Shown here: piece after piece, positions 27,507 to 36,944 of the stretch
Layout of the letters: every line of letters starts with the position of its first letter
How positions within the stretch are numbered: position 1 is the stretch's first letter
Virus record (IMG/VR): IMGVR_UViG_3300045996_000468
Location: 1 to 62,126 of that record
DNA: 62,126 nucleotides
Reading direction: 5' to 3' (one strand)
DNA from: a virus
Lineage: Duplodnaviria; Caudoviricetes
Translations under genes and position numbers: made by a program
Notes under the pieces: generated by a model
The model's database searches: none
Told to the model about the DNA's origin: nothing
What the model saw: the letters and a program-made list of their open reading frames with translations, nothing else

Positions 27507-28580
27507 ATGGCTTATGATCTTGGCGGACCAACCACCGGCAATCTCGGCACGACGATCCGGCCGGGCGAGACGCGCGCAGCAAGCGCGCTCGATACGTGGT
27601 TTCAGGATTGCACGACGCCGGATGCCGAAGACGGCACGATGTTCGCATCCGCCATCTTCAATGAATGGCTGGCATGGATGCGCGAAATCGCGCGCGTCAA
27701 CGGCAACACGGGCGGCGGCTCGCCGGTTGTCGCAGAAGCGCTGAACGATGATGCGCTGCTGCTCAATGCGATCCGGCATTTGATCCAGCGCGGCCAGCCA
27801 TCCTACGCCGTCGACAGCGGCACGGCCGACGCGCTTGTCGTCACGCTCACGCCAGCGCTTGCCGAATACAAGGCGGGCGGTCAGCCGATCTGGATTAAGA
27901 AAAGCGCACTCGCGAACGCGACGACGACGCCGACCGTCAACATCAACGGCCTTGGCGCGAAGACGATCACCAACGTTGACGGCACCGCGCTCGATATCGG
28001 CCAGCTTGCGGCAGACGTTGCGTTCTCCGTCGTCTATGACGGCACGAACATGCGCATTGCGTCCGCGCCGCGCCCGGCAACGAAGACGGAAGCGGAAGCC
28101 GGCGTCTTGACTGGCGCTTACATTTCGCCGGCCACGCTGTTCAATCGACGCACGCCGTATTTCTTCGCGACCGGCAGCGTGTCGCAAAGCATCCCGGATA
28201 ACGCGGATACGAAGGTCACAAATCTCGACACGCTGTCGTCCAGCTACTTCAACACCGGATCGTCGTATGCGGCCGACACGTTCACGTGCGGCGCAAAGGA
28301 TGCTGGCGCATGGCTGTTCACCGGCTATTCCGCGCTCACGCTCGCCACTCCATCGGCCGGCGGCAAAGACTATCGCGCGGCGATCTGGAAGAATGGCGTC
28401 GGCGCGTCGTTCATGTCGTCCTATATCAGCGAAGCGTCGACTTACGGCATCATCGTTTCAACGCCGCTGATCGTCGCGGCCGGCGATACGATCGATCTGC
28501 GCGTGTTCCAGAACACCGGCACTAACCGCAACATCGGCGCGACGCAACTCGTCGGCGTTCGCCTCTCGGGCACGGTGTAA
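27507..28580 (+). CDS. Tail fibre protein with C1q/TNF-like C-terminal domain
   Basis: N-terminal baseplate anchor, YA.DSGTA.A...T.NINGLGAK segment, C-term F.A...FT....G.W.F...I.KNG...AGD.I.LRV.Q. Confidence 0.8.
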   Translation: MAYDLGGPTTGNLGTTIRPGETRAASALDTWFQDCTTPDAEDGTMFASAIFNEWLAWMREIARVNGNTGGGSPVVAEALNDDALLLNAIRHLIQRGQPSYAVDSGTADALVVTLTPALAEYKAGGQPIWIKKSALANATTTPTVNINGLGAKTITNVDGTALDIGQLAADVAFSVVYDGTNMRIASAPRPATKTEAEAGVLTGAYISPATLFNRRTPYFFATGSVSQSIPDNADTKVTNLDTLSSSYFNTGSSYAADTFTCGAKDAGAWLFTGYSALTLATPSAGGKDYRAAIWKNGVGASFMSSYISEASTYGIIVSTPLIVAAGDTIDLRVFQNTGTNRNIGATQLVGVRLSGTV

Positions 28581-28582
28581 GC

Positions 28583-29392
28583 ATGCCGCTGATCATCAAC
28601 GATCCGAACACGACGCAAGCGCTGTCGTCCGATATCGTGAACTCGACGCCGAACGGTGCCGCGATCATCATCGGGCCGAACGCGCACAATACGCGTGTGA
28701 TCGTCGATCGACAGGTCGTCAATCACGGCGCGCTGCCGATCAACGATGCTTCGGTCGGCATTCTCATTCAAGGCGCGTCGAACGTGACGCTGATCGGGCA
28801 CGGCGGGTATCTCGCCGGCTTCAAGTATGGCGTTGCAGCCAGCGCGCCATCTTTCCGAACGACGGTGCGCGGGCTCACGATCCGCGACAGCCGCGCGTCG
28901 GCAATCACGCATGTTGGCGATCGCTTGACGGTGCGCGACTGTGAAATCGAGGAAGTCGGCGGCGCGTCGCTCAACGTGTTCGGCACAGAATTTTTCTATG
29001 GCATCCGATCAATGGGGCGGCGGCCGACGATCATCAACAACGTCATTCGCAACGTCGTCTGCCCGGTGTGGGAAGCGGTCGGCATTTCATCCGACAGTCG
29101 CGGCGAGCGCGGCGTGATCAAAGGCAACTCGCTGATCAACGACGAACTTGCGACCGGGCTCACGCCTCATAATCTTCATCACTCATGGGGCATATGGGTC
29201 GGTGACGAGCCCGGCTTCGACGAAGACTTGAACATCACACACAACTTGCTGCGCAACTGGCAAACCGGCTTCGGCTTGGCGGGCAACTCGCAAGGCATTC
29301 TTGGCGTGTCGAATGTTCTCGCCGGCTTCGAGACCGCAGCGAACAACATTCCTGATCACTGGCATCCGGGTTGGCCGGGCGATCCGGACTGA
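28583..29392 (+). CDS. Right-handed beta-helix repeat protein (possible depolymerase or receptor-binding protein)
   Basis: Repeated GI.I....V.I..N.I stacks; directly follows the fibre gene. Confidence 0.7.
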   Translation: MPLIINDPNTTQALSSDIVNSTPNGAAIIIGPNAHNTRVIVDRQVVNHGALPINDASVGILIQGASNVTLIGHGGYLAGFKYGVAASAPSFRTTVRGLTIRDSRASAITHVGDRLTVRDCEIEEVGGASLNVFGTEFFYGIRSMGRRPTIINNVIRNVVCPVWEAVGISSDSRGERGVIKGNSLINDELATGLTPHNLHHSWGIWVGDEPGFDEDLNITHNLLRNWQTGFGLAGNSQGILGVSNVLAGFETAANNIPDHWHPGWPGDPD

Positions 29393-29413
29393 CACAACGA
29401 AGGGGCGGGGGCC

Positions 29414-30322
29414 ATGAACTTCATCGGATCAGGAAAGCGGATCAACGATTGGGATATTCCGCGCATCGGCCACACGATCGGCGTCGGTGAAGACGAAATT
29501 CATGCGTTCATGGAAGTCGAAGCGGGAAGCAGCGGCTTCGATCGACAAAACCGTTTGAAGATGCTGTTCGAACCGCTGTGGTTTTATCGGCATCTAACAC
29601 CGGACGGCTTGAAGGGTCGGCCGAAGCCGAACACGCCGGCCGGCAATGCGATGCTGGTCAACCGCGCGCGCGCCGTGTCGCTCGGGCTCGCGTCACCGAC
29701 GCGGCCCATGAGCTATCCGCCGGAAAGCTACACGCGCTTGCATGCGGCCATGGCAATCGACGAGACGGCCGCGCTGCTGTCGGCGTCTTGGGGCCTTGGT
29801 CAGATCATGGGCTTCAATCATCGCGTCGTCGGCTACTCGACCGTGCAGGCAATGATTGCAGCGTTCTGCGCCGACGAAGCGAACCAGCTTCAGGCGATCG
29901 TCGACTACCTGATCGCCAACAAACTTGACGACGATCTTCGCGCGCACAACTGGCGCAGTCTCGCGCGCGGCTACAACGGCGAGGGATACGAGCGCGACGG
30001 CTATCACATCAAACTGGCGAACGCCTATGCGAAGTGGTCGCGCATTCCCGACACGCCATGGAAGCCGGGACAGGTCACGCCGACGCATCGGCCGGTCATT
30101 GTTTCACGTGAAACAATGGCGACAGGTGGCGTGACTTCCGGCGGCGCGACCATGGGCACCGGCAAGCCTGTAGGCGCGCCCGTGGACACGATGGCGACGG
30201 GGCCGGTGGCAAATAAGCCGGCCGCCGCGCCGTCGAATGTGGGGCCGCCTGTGCGCGATGGCGGCGGCTTCTGGTCGAATATCTTCGGCTCGATCGCGGG
30301 AGCGTTCAAAAGTAAAGCCTGA
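29414..30322 (+). CDS. Endolysin, N-acetylmuramidase (DUF3380/Muraidase family)
   Basis: VEA...GF...LFE..WF, AL.SASWGLGQIMGFN, W...ARGYNG.GY...Y..KLA.AY. Confidence 0.93.
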   Translation: MNFIGSGKRINDWDIPRIGHTIGVGEDEIHAFMEVEAGSSGFDRQNRLKMLFEPLWFYRHLTPDGLKGRPKPNTPAGNAMLVNRARAVSLGLASPTRPMSYPPESYTRLHAAMAIDETAALLSASWGLGQIMGFNHRVVGYSTVQAMIAAFCADEANQLQAIVDYLIANKLDDDLRAHNWRSLARGYNGEGYERDGYHIKLANAYAKWSRIPDTPWKPGQVTPTHRPVIVSRETMATGGVTSGGATMGTGKPVGAPVDTMATGPVANKPAAAPSNVGPPVRDGGGFWSNIFGSIAGAFKSKA

Positions 30323-30363
30323 AGTTGCATGCGGGATCTTGGGGTTCAACCAATGGGGGCAAA

Positions 30364-30732
30364 ATGTTTCTAAATCCGATCTGGTCGTTCATGCTGATCG
30401 CGCTCGCAGCCGGCGTCTATGCCGGGTATGTGCGGCCGCGCCTTCGCGCCATGATGCCGAACCTGTACGCCGACTTTGACAGCGCATGGGCGCGGGCTTG
30501 GGCGATCGTCACCAAGTTCAAGAAAACGTTCGCCGTCATTGCCGGCATCGTCATCACGGCGCTGCCTGACATTCTTGTGCAGTTCACGCCGCTCGACTTC
30601 TCGAAGTTCTTGCCGGAAGGCCATGGGCATTGGGCGGCGATTGTCGGGCCGACGATCACCGCAATCGTTCTGATCATGCGCGGCATCGAAGCGGCGAACG
30701 CCGCGAAGGATGCTTCGAAGACGGGCGGTTGA
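30364..30732 (+). CDS. Membrane protein (holin candidate)
   Basis: About three hydrophobic segments; follows the endolysin. Confidence 0.6.
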   Translation: MFLNPIWSFMLIALAAGVYAGYVRPRLRAMMPNLYADFDSAWARAWAIVTKFKKTFAVIAGIVITALPDILVQFTPLDFSKFLPEGHGHWAAIVGPTITAIVLIMRGIEAANAAKDASKTGG

Positions 30733-31178
30733 TGATGTTCGGCTTCCTGACTGCGCTGCCGATCGTCGGCAAGGCGTTCAGCTTCATCGTCGACAAGATC
30801 GGCGGCTTCTATCTGCAAAAGCGCGCGCAGGATTTGCAGGCGGCGAACTCGCATGAGGCGAAGGTCGTCGAAATCGTCAAGCGCGTTCACGATCTTGACG
30901 AGCGCGAAGCCGAATTGAACGCGCAGCAAAACGCGATCGACAGCGGCGGCGGCTTCTATCAGTACGGGCCACGATCGACAATCGGATGGATCGTGACAAT
31001 CCTGCTTGGCAAGGTTCTGCTTTGGGATTTGGCGTTTCATCAATGGACTGGCGGGTGGACGCCGAACCCGCAACCGGCGATCTGGCAAATCATCATGCTT
31101 GTGATCGTCGCATTCTTCGGCACGCGATCAATTGAGAAAGTCAGCACACTGATCGCTCGCTTATTCAGTGGGAAGTGA
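30732..31178 (+). CDS. Holin-like membrane protein
   Basis: Hydrophobic N-terminus, coiled coil, PR..IGW two-TM segment and FFG.RS.EK tail typical of 3TM-holin-like proteins. Confidence 0.65.
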   Translation: MMFGFLTALPIVGKAFSFIVDKIGGFYLQKRAQDLQAANSHEAKVVEIVKRVHDLDEREAELNAQQNAIDSGGGFYQYGPRSTIGWIVTILLGKVLLWDLAFHQWTGGWTPNPQPAIWQIIMLVIVAFFGTRSIEKVSTLIARLFSGK

Positions 31179-31179
31179 A

Positions 31180-31404
31180 ATGGACTTGACGCAATGGCTG
31201 GACAAAGGCGGCTTAATGTTCGCAATCGGCTTGCTGGTGTATCTGCTGAAGAAAGCGGACGACCGGACGGACGCGGAGCGCGCGCACAACGTTACTATCC
31301 AGAAAGAGCGGGTCGACGAAGCCCGATCGATGCAAGCGAGCATCGATCGGAACACGCAGGCGATCGAAACGTTGACGCATGCGGTTGCCAACCGAAAGCC
31401 CTGA
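31180..31404 (+). CDS. TM plus coiled-coil protein (lysis cassette)
   Basis: One TM helix followed by a coil. Confidence 0.55.
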   Translation: MDLTQWLDKGGLMFAIGLLVYLLKKADDRTDAERAHNVTIQKERVDEARSMQASIDRNTQAIETLTHAVANRKP

Positions 31405-31415
31405 AGGGGCCAATC

Positions 31416-31619
31416 ATGAACTTCGTCCGCAAGCTGTTTCGAATGTTCTTCGGTGACACGCCAGCCGAACGGCTGGAATGCGTCGCTGCGGAACGACAGG
31501 TCAAGGAAGTGCTGGCGGACTTGCATGAAAGCCGGCGAAAGAATGCGCACGCTTCCGCCGTGTTGACGCGATTGATCCGCGCCAAGCAGACGCACAGCGG
31601 CGGAATTGATTTTTCCTGA
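31416..31619 (+). CDS. Hypothetical protein, last gene of the late operon
   Basis: ATG with GAAGGGG RBS; abuts converging - strand genes. Confidence 0.5.
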   Translation: MNFVRKLFRMFFGDTPAERLECVAAERQVKEVLADLHESRRKNAHASAVLTRLIRAKQTHSGGIDFS

Positions 31620-32239
31620 TCATCGCTTGACGTAGTGCGCTGCGCGCTGCGCGTCGCGCGTCGTCGGATCATCACCGGGCTTCGGATTGTCGTCGGTGTG
31701 ATACTTCAGCAGTTCGATCGCGCGATGCACGCGCTTAAGCGTTGATAGCGGCAGCGTCTTCAGTGCTGCCGCTATTTCTTTTTCGAGTGATGCGCGCTCG
31801 CGATCTTCGGTCAAGGATTTTGCTTCTGTGTGGCGGCCTGTCGTTCGTCTCGCAGGAAACCGATGCCGTATTCGCAACCAACGCAAACCTTGCGCCGGTC
31901 AGCGCCCCATCCAGAAGTAGCTTTACCTACCGCTAGGTCGCCGTCCTTGACGTAGCATGGCGTCATTTCAGATTTTGCTCTGGGGCACTTTGCCATAGGT
32001 TCTAACTTTCGCTTCATCCTGCCTCACTCCTTCAATTCCGCGCTGGAAATAATCAGATGCGACGCTTCGGAAAGCGATCCACCTTCTGAACCTTGACCCT
32101 GACCATTTGCCATCCCGACTTGCGCGCGACTTCCCAACCGCCGCCGTTGAACCATTCGGCGATGTTGGCTTTCACATCAACTCGGCGACGACCGATAACG
32201 CGGAAGCCCGCTGGGTCACTCCAAAGCGCCCACATGTAT

Positions 32240-32560
32240 TCAGGCTTCTTCATTTGCAGCCTTGCTCCCATGGGAGATATCGCGCGGCGGTCTAAGCGTT
32301 CGTGTCCATCCGCTCGTCGACCAACCCCGCTGCCACATGAACGCGCAGTAGGCGGCGACATCGAGGGGATCGCCTTTCGAGATGTGCTCATGGAGTTGGC
32401 CCCGGCACTGGTTCTGCCAGTCATCAGTTAGCCAGCCGTTGGTGTAGCCATACTTGATCTCGGCTGCGTGCAGCTTGTCCGCCAGCGCGTTAGCGAACTC
32501 GTGTACGAGTTTGGCCGTATCGGGGTGGAGGCCGCGAGCTTCGTAATCTGCTTGGCTCAT
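32240..32560 (-). CDS. Conserved phage hypothetical protein
   Basis: LHP.T..LV..FA.ALA.KL..AE.KYGY..GW...H..KGDP.DVA.YCAF.W motif seen in many phages. Confidence 0.75.
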   Translation of the reverse strand: MSQADYEARGLHPDTAKLVHEFANALADKLHAAEIKYGYTNGWLTDDWQNQCRGQLHEHISKGDPLDVAAYCAFMWQRGWSTSGWTRTLRPPRDISHGSKAANEEA

Positions 32561-32581
32561 GTCCGCACTCCTCATTCGCGG

Positions 32582-32875
32582 TTAGGAATTGCCGAGCGCT
32601 GCGCCTTCGCAGAAGGCCTGACGCAGCGCCTTGTGTTCCGGTGTGTCATCAGGCCACCTGTAGCAGGCGACCTCTGAGGCGCTGAGCGCGCGTTGGGCGC
32701 CCTCGCTACGAGCGGTGAGGGCATCTACAAACAGCTTCGCCTCAGCACAGCCGGCTTCCTCGTCGTCATCCATAAAGTACACGCTGGCAACAACGCGGTC
32801 AGGCGCTCGGACGACAAAGCAAGGATGAACGTCGTGCTCGTAGTGCAACGGACCGTCGATTTCAAAAACTGCCAT
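32582..32875 (-). CDS. Hypothetical protein
   Basis: ATG with AGGTGAG RBS, in the - strand run. Confidence 0.55.
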   Translation of the reverse strand: MAVFEIDGPLHYEHDVHPCFVVRAPDRVVASVYFMDDDEEAGCAEAKLFVDALTARSEGAQRALSASEVACYRWPDDTPEHKALRQAFCEGAALGNS

Positions 32876-32948
32876 GTCTCACCTTTTCGACGTTTCCCAA
32901 TGATTTGCGGGCTGCGCAATCGCGTCGCAGCCCGCGCGTGAAGTTTAT

Positions 32949-33905
32949 CTATTCTTGCGGTTGCGCGTGCGCTTCGTTGAATGCCTCACGATACGCGGAC
33001 AGTTCGTCGCTTCCCCACGTGTCGGGCATGTCTTCGATCGGGCGGTTGATGTTTGCAGCACCGTCCGCCTTGCCTTGTTCGCGCGCTTTCTCGATCTGCT
33101 CGCGCGCTGCGGCTTGTTCTGCCGTCTCGCCTTCGATCACCGTCGCCTTTGCCGACTTCGCAACGTCAGCGATCTGATCTTCGACGTTCTTTGCGTCGAA
33201 GCCCTTCGCGCCGCCGCGCACAGTGCGGCGTCTGTTGTTCTGAAGGCGCTCGACCAGCGCGTTCGCTTGCGTTGCCTGTTCAGCCGGCGGCGTCGGCGTC
33301 ACGTCGCGCGGCTCGTTCGGCAATTCCTCTTCGGCATAGATGCCAAGGATCACGTCGGGGCAATACATGCGCGCCCAATCGCGTGTTGTGTCATAGAAGA
33401 GCGCAAGTTCTGGCTTCGCCGTCCACAGTGGCGAGCCTTTCGGCTGGCCGCCGATCTTCAGTCGCGCCTTCGCCAGAACTTCCGACGTGACTTCGTGCGG
33501 CGTGTCTTCGCCTTTGAACGTGCCCCACACTTTGCAGCGACGCTGATCGCCTTCGCCAATAATCTCATGACGAAGCCGGCCCTTCAGCGGCGCGCGCGCT
33601 TCGACGATCGCGTGAATAAGCTGGCTTTCATACGCGATGCGATCGTTGACGAAATAGCTTTTGTTCGCGACGGCGAACGGCGACATGCGCCATTCCAGCG
33701 CTTGAACGCAGACGGCGAGACATGCGCCGGGTTCGCCGCGAAGATGCGGCGGCACCGCGCCTTTCGCGACGGCCATCATCTTTGCGAATTCCATCACGTC
33801 GCCCATGGACGTGAACTGAACGCCGCCGATCTGTTCGGATATGGCGACGGCGCTCGATCGAGCAACGTCAATGCGTCGTTCCAACTCTTCAACGTTCGCG
33901 GGCAT
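32949..33905 (-). CDS. recT: RecT-family single-strand annealing recombinase
   Basis: VP.HL.G.PG.CLAV..QA..W.M.PFAVA.K.Y.VN...YE.QL..A; WAR.YCPDVILG.Y..EE. Confidence 0.9.
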   Translation of the reverse strand: MPANVEELERRIDVARSSAVAISEQIGGVQFTSMGDVMEFAKMMAVAKGAVPPHLRGEPGACLAVCVQALEWRMSPFAVANKSYFVNDRIAYESQLIHAIVEARAPLKGRLRHEIIGEGDQRRCKVWGTFKGEDTPHEVTSEVLAKARLKIGGQPKGSPLWTAKPELALFYDTTRDWARMYCPDVILGIYAEEELPNEPRDVTPTPPAEQATQANALVERLQNNRRRTVRGGAKGFDAKNVEDQIADVAKSAKATVIEGETAEQAAAREQIEKAREQGKADGAANINRPIEDMPDTWGSDELSAYREAFNEAHAQPQE

Positions 33906-34108
33906 TAGTCGCGGTCCTTTCTTCGGTGTTTTGGCTCGCCTTTTGCGACTTCCGCCGCTAGGCATCTGAATGAACAAAAATGCTTGGTGTTGTACCACGG
34001 ATGCATGGTCATGCTGTGATCGAGTGAGTAGCGGCCGCTATAGCCGTCGCGGTCGCTGTCGATTGTCTCGCCGCACGTGTCGCACGTCGTCACTGTCGTC
34101 GTCGTCAT
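33905..34108 (-). CDS. Small zinc-binding protein
   Basis: CDTC...HFCS..C motif; lies between the recE-like gene and recT. Confidence 0.6.
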   Translation of the reverse strand: MTTTTVTTCDTCGETIDSDRDGYSGRYSLDHSMTMHPWYNTKHFCSFRCLAAEVAKGEPKHRRKDRD

Positions 34109-35061
34109 CGTCGCTCCTTTTTGTGATCGAAGCCTGCGATCTGAAGCCGCGCGTCGATCTGATCGCGCTGCCATGATGGCAGGAACATCGGGTGAATGTG
34201 CATGTTGCCCGGCATCGGCCAGTCGCGGTGGTCGATGCCGTGCCTGATCTGTCGCAACGCGTGGCGGTTCTGAAGCCGCCCGCGCGTCAAGTCGTCTTCG
34301 TCAACGACAATGATCCGCACGCAATGCGGCGGCTTGCTTTCGACGAAGACGAGATTAAACGATGTGAACTCCATCCCTAGAAGTTCGCAGCACTCCCACA
34401 CCAGCGCGCCTTGCTGGTGGTATCCGTTCGATCCGATCGCCGTCGCAATTCCATAGTCTGAAATATCGGCAATCGTTTTCAGGTCCGCGAAGTCGCCCGA
34501 CGTTGTCGGGATTGCGTCGGGGCGCGCGAGCAACAGCAGCCCGGTTTCAGGATCGCGCGCAACCATACTGCATTCGACTTCACCGCGCAGCAAATCCATT
34601 GCGGCGGGCCATGCTGCGATCGAGCGGCCGATGCCGACGATCGCTTCAAGTTCGCCGTCTTTCAGGATCGTGCGGCCGGCCTTGCGCTGCTCTTCGTTCC
34701 ACTCTTTGCATTCCGTGCGGTTGTTATTCCACGGAACGATGCCATCCTTTTCCGATCGCACCTTGTCGGGCTGACCGACGAACAGCGTCTTGAAGTGCGC
34801 TTCGCCTAACAGAAGATGATGCGTCGCGCGGCCTAAGATCATCGGCTTCGTCGCGTTGTCCTGCGCACGATTGGGATTGCATCGCCACTTGTGAAACATA
34901 TGGCGCGGGCTGTAAGCCCAGCACGTGCGCAAGTCGGACGACGACACGGCATGCGCCGCGCCGCAGAATTCCGCGCTGTGATAATCCTCGATCGCCACGC
35001 CGCCATAGATGCCCGGTGCAGCGATCGGCAGCTTAAACTTCCGTCTGATTTTGACCGGCAT
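34105..35061 (-). CDS. RecE/exonuclease VIII-like PD-(D/E)xK nuclease (DUF3799)
   Basis: PGIY...YH...SSS.L...SP, G.A.H..LL, ARPD...DLKT, Y..Q.A; upstream of recT. Confidence 0.9.
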   Translation of the reverse strand: MPVKIRRKFKLPIAAPGIYGGVAIEDYHSAEFCGAAHAVSSSDLRTCWAYSPRHMFHKWRCNPNRAQDNATKPMILGRATHHLLLGEAHFKTLFVGQPDKVRSEKDGIVPWNNNRTECKEWNEEQRKAGRTILKDGELEAIVGIGRSIAAWPAAMDLLRGEVECSMVARDPETGLLLLARPDAIPTTSGDFADLKTIADISDYGIATAIGSNGYHQQGALVWECCELLGMEFTSFNLVFVESKPPHCVRIIVVDEDDLTRGRLQNRHALRQIRHGIDHRDWPMPGNMHIHPMFLPSWQRDQIDARLQIAGFDHKKERR

Positions 35062-35338
35062 CGTTGTCCCCTTTTCGCAGTTCATCGATGATGGCGGTCA
35101 GAAGCGCGATCATCTTGTCTTTGTGCTTTGCCGGCGTGCATAGCTCGTGAAAGAAAACGAGCAAACACATATAGCTCATGGCCGTCTTTTGCTTGTCGTC
35201 GTCGCCATCTTTGTAGAATTGCGGGATTAATCCAAGCACCATGCGCGCGGCGATCGCAAATGATTGCGCCATCGTCACGGGCGGGAATTCCAGAAACTCT
35301 TTTATCTCGGCAAGCTTGCTTTCGGTCTCGTCACTCAT
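35033..35338 (-). CDS. Hypothetical protein
   Basis: Coupled to the upstream ORF; AGGAAAC RBS. Confidence 0.55.
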   Translation of the reverse strand: MSDETESKLAEIKEFLEFPPVTMAQSFAIAARMVLGLIPQFYKDGDDDKQKTAMSYMCLLVFFHELCTPAKHKDKMIALLTAIIDELRKGDNDAGQNQTEV

Positions 35339-35530
35339 TCTGTTTCCTTCGGGATGATGTAAACGATCTTGCTGTCCGGTCTGTTCATGATCCTGAAGCC
35401 TTCAGCCGGACAGCGGCGGCAGTGAAGGAAGATCGCCGGCACGACGCATCGATCGTGAAACGTCGTGCCCTTTCTCAAACGCTTGTGCGTGAAGTCGATA
35501 TAGCTCGCGCGCTCGCCGGTTGGCGTCCAG

Positions 35531-35809
35531 TCATGAGCGGCGCAGTTCATCGGGCTTCGCGGCTGCGACCGTCAGCGACGGAAAGAATGCAGAAATCGGT
35601 TCGTCTAACAGCTTGGCGATCGCGAACAGCGTGCTTGCCGGAATGCGCGTGACGCCGGTTTCGTACTTGTTCACTTGCTGCGGCAAGAGCCCGAGTTTGT
35701 CCGCCATCTTGCGCGCTTCTATCCCGTAGCGCATGCGCACGGTTCTGATGTGTCGACCTATGTGCAGGTCGACCGAAGTCGGCTTCGTCATTTTTAATCT
35801 TTGCTCCAT
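35531..35809 (-). CDS. XRE-family HTH transcriptional regulator
   Basis: VD.HIG..IR..R...G.....A.KLG...QQV.KYE.G..RI.AS.L..IA..L..PIS.FF, the alphaproteobacterial XRE signature. Confidence 0.9.
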   Translation of the reverse strand: MEQRLKMTKPTSVDLHIGRHIRTVRMRYGIEARKMADKLGLLPQQVNKYETGVTRIPASTLFAIAKLLDEPISAFFPSLTVAAAKPDELRRS

Positions 35810-35829
35810 TGCGCGCCGATAGGAAAAAA

Positions 35830-35852
35830 TTGGCGAAGCGCGCATTCGCCAA
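35830..35852. promoter_or_regulatory. Candidate operator, inverted repeat TTGGCGAA-N7-TTCGCCAA
   Basis: Perfect 8-bp inverted repeat just upstream of the XRE gene in a divergent intergenic region. Confidence 0.5.
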
Positions 35853-35886
35853 ACTGCATTTTGTTCGGGATTTTGTAAAGTTCTCT

Positions 35887-35915
35887 TTGACGCTTTTCCC
35901 TGTCGCGCGTAGGCT
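35887..35915 (+). promoter_or_regulatory. sigma70-like promoter TTGACG-N17-TAGGCT
   Basis: Near-consensus hexamers with 17-nt spacing upstream of the 36022 gene. Confidence 0.6.
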
Positions 35916-36021
35916 TCGCGCAACCTGATTTGCAGAATTCCCCGGCCGGACTTTAATCCCCACACCGAACAAGCGAACGACGCCGGCCGGGCCGTCGTGT
36001 CGCTTCAGCAAGGGGCCATAC

Positions 36022-36576
36022 ATGGCAAAATCCGCAACAGCCGCCGCCGCATCAACCGCCGACTATGACGGCAAGAAGATCGACGCTCTTCTCAAAAAGG
36101 TCATGGGCAAGCATGACGAACTGGATAGCCTCGCCGGCTCGCACATGAAGAAATGCCAGACGGTGCGCAAAGGCATCGCCGGGCTGATCGAGGAAGCGAA
36201 GGCGATCGGCATTCCAAAGCGCATCATGCGTCTTCAGATCACAATCGAACTCGGCAAGCGCAAGCTGAAGTCTGCGATCGACGACCTTGAACGCGAAGAT
36301 CAGATCGAGGCGCGCTTGGTGGCCGAAGCCCGCAAAGACGGCGTGCAAATGTCGCTGTTCGGCTGGACGAAGGAAAACAAGCCGACGAAGGATGCGATCA
36401 AGAAAGCCCGCGCGAAGATCGAAGGCAAGACGCCGTCGATCAAGCCGAAGGGCGATAACGTCGTTCCCCTTACGGCGAACGGCAAGCAGCCTGTCGGCAA
36501 GACTGGCGATGAACTGAAGGGCGACGAATTCAAGCCGTTGCATCCGACGCCGGAAGAGCGCGAAACGGCGCACTGA
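36022..36576 (+). CDS. GapR/DUF2312-like nucleoid-associated protein with basic tail
   Basis: I...IEEAKA.GI.K.IMR..I resembles the GapR EAK..G.D.K..R..I motif; QMSLF motif. Confidence 0.6.
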   Translation: MAKSATAAAASTADYDGKKIDALLKKVMGKHDELDSLAGSHMKKCQTVRKGIAGLIEEAKAIGIPKRIMRLQITIELGKRKLKSAIDDLEREDQIEARLVAEARKDGVQMSLFGWTKENKPTKDAIKKARAKIEGKTPSIKPKGDNVVPLTANGKQPVGKTGDELKGDEFKPLHPTPEERETAH

Positions 36577-36636
36577 TCAAGCGCTGCGTCCCCTCGTTTT
36601 ATAACGCTCTGGAAAAAACGAAGGCGCAAAGCTTGG

Positions 36637-36670
36637 GGCCGTGACGTGGAAAGGCGTCACGGCCTTTTTT
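36637..36670 (+). terminator. Intrinsic terminator
   Basis: GGCCGTGACG-tggaaagg-CGTCACGGCC followed by T6. Confidence 0.85.
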
Positions 36671-36695
36671 CCAACCGCACATAGGGAGTTTCGAA

Positions 36696-36944
36696 ATGGC
36701 AAAAGTTGAACTAGGCGACACCGCCCGCTGCATGATCACCGGCTTTGAAGGCGTCGTCGTCGGTCTCGTCAACTACATCACCGGCTGCACGCAATGTCTT
36801 CTCGCGCCGCCCGTCAACGATAAGGGCGAACCGCGTGAGGCGCATTGGTTTGATATTCAGCGCGTACAGCGTCGCGATCCGCCGCGCATCGTTCTGCAAA
36901 ACGCCGCGACGCCGGGCTTCGACAAAGCCGCGCCGAAGCGATGA
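36696..36944 (+). CDS. Conserved phage hypothetical protein
   Basis: LGD..R..ITGF.G.V.....YITGC.Q....P...WFD..R pattern; GGGAG RBS. Confidence 0.75.
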   Translation: MAKVELGDTARCMITGFEGVVVGLVNYITGCTQCLLAPPVNDKGEPREAHWFDIQRVQRRDPPRIVLQNAATPGFDKAAPKR

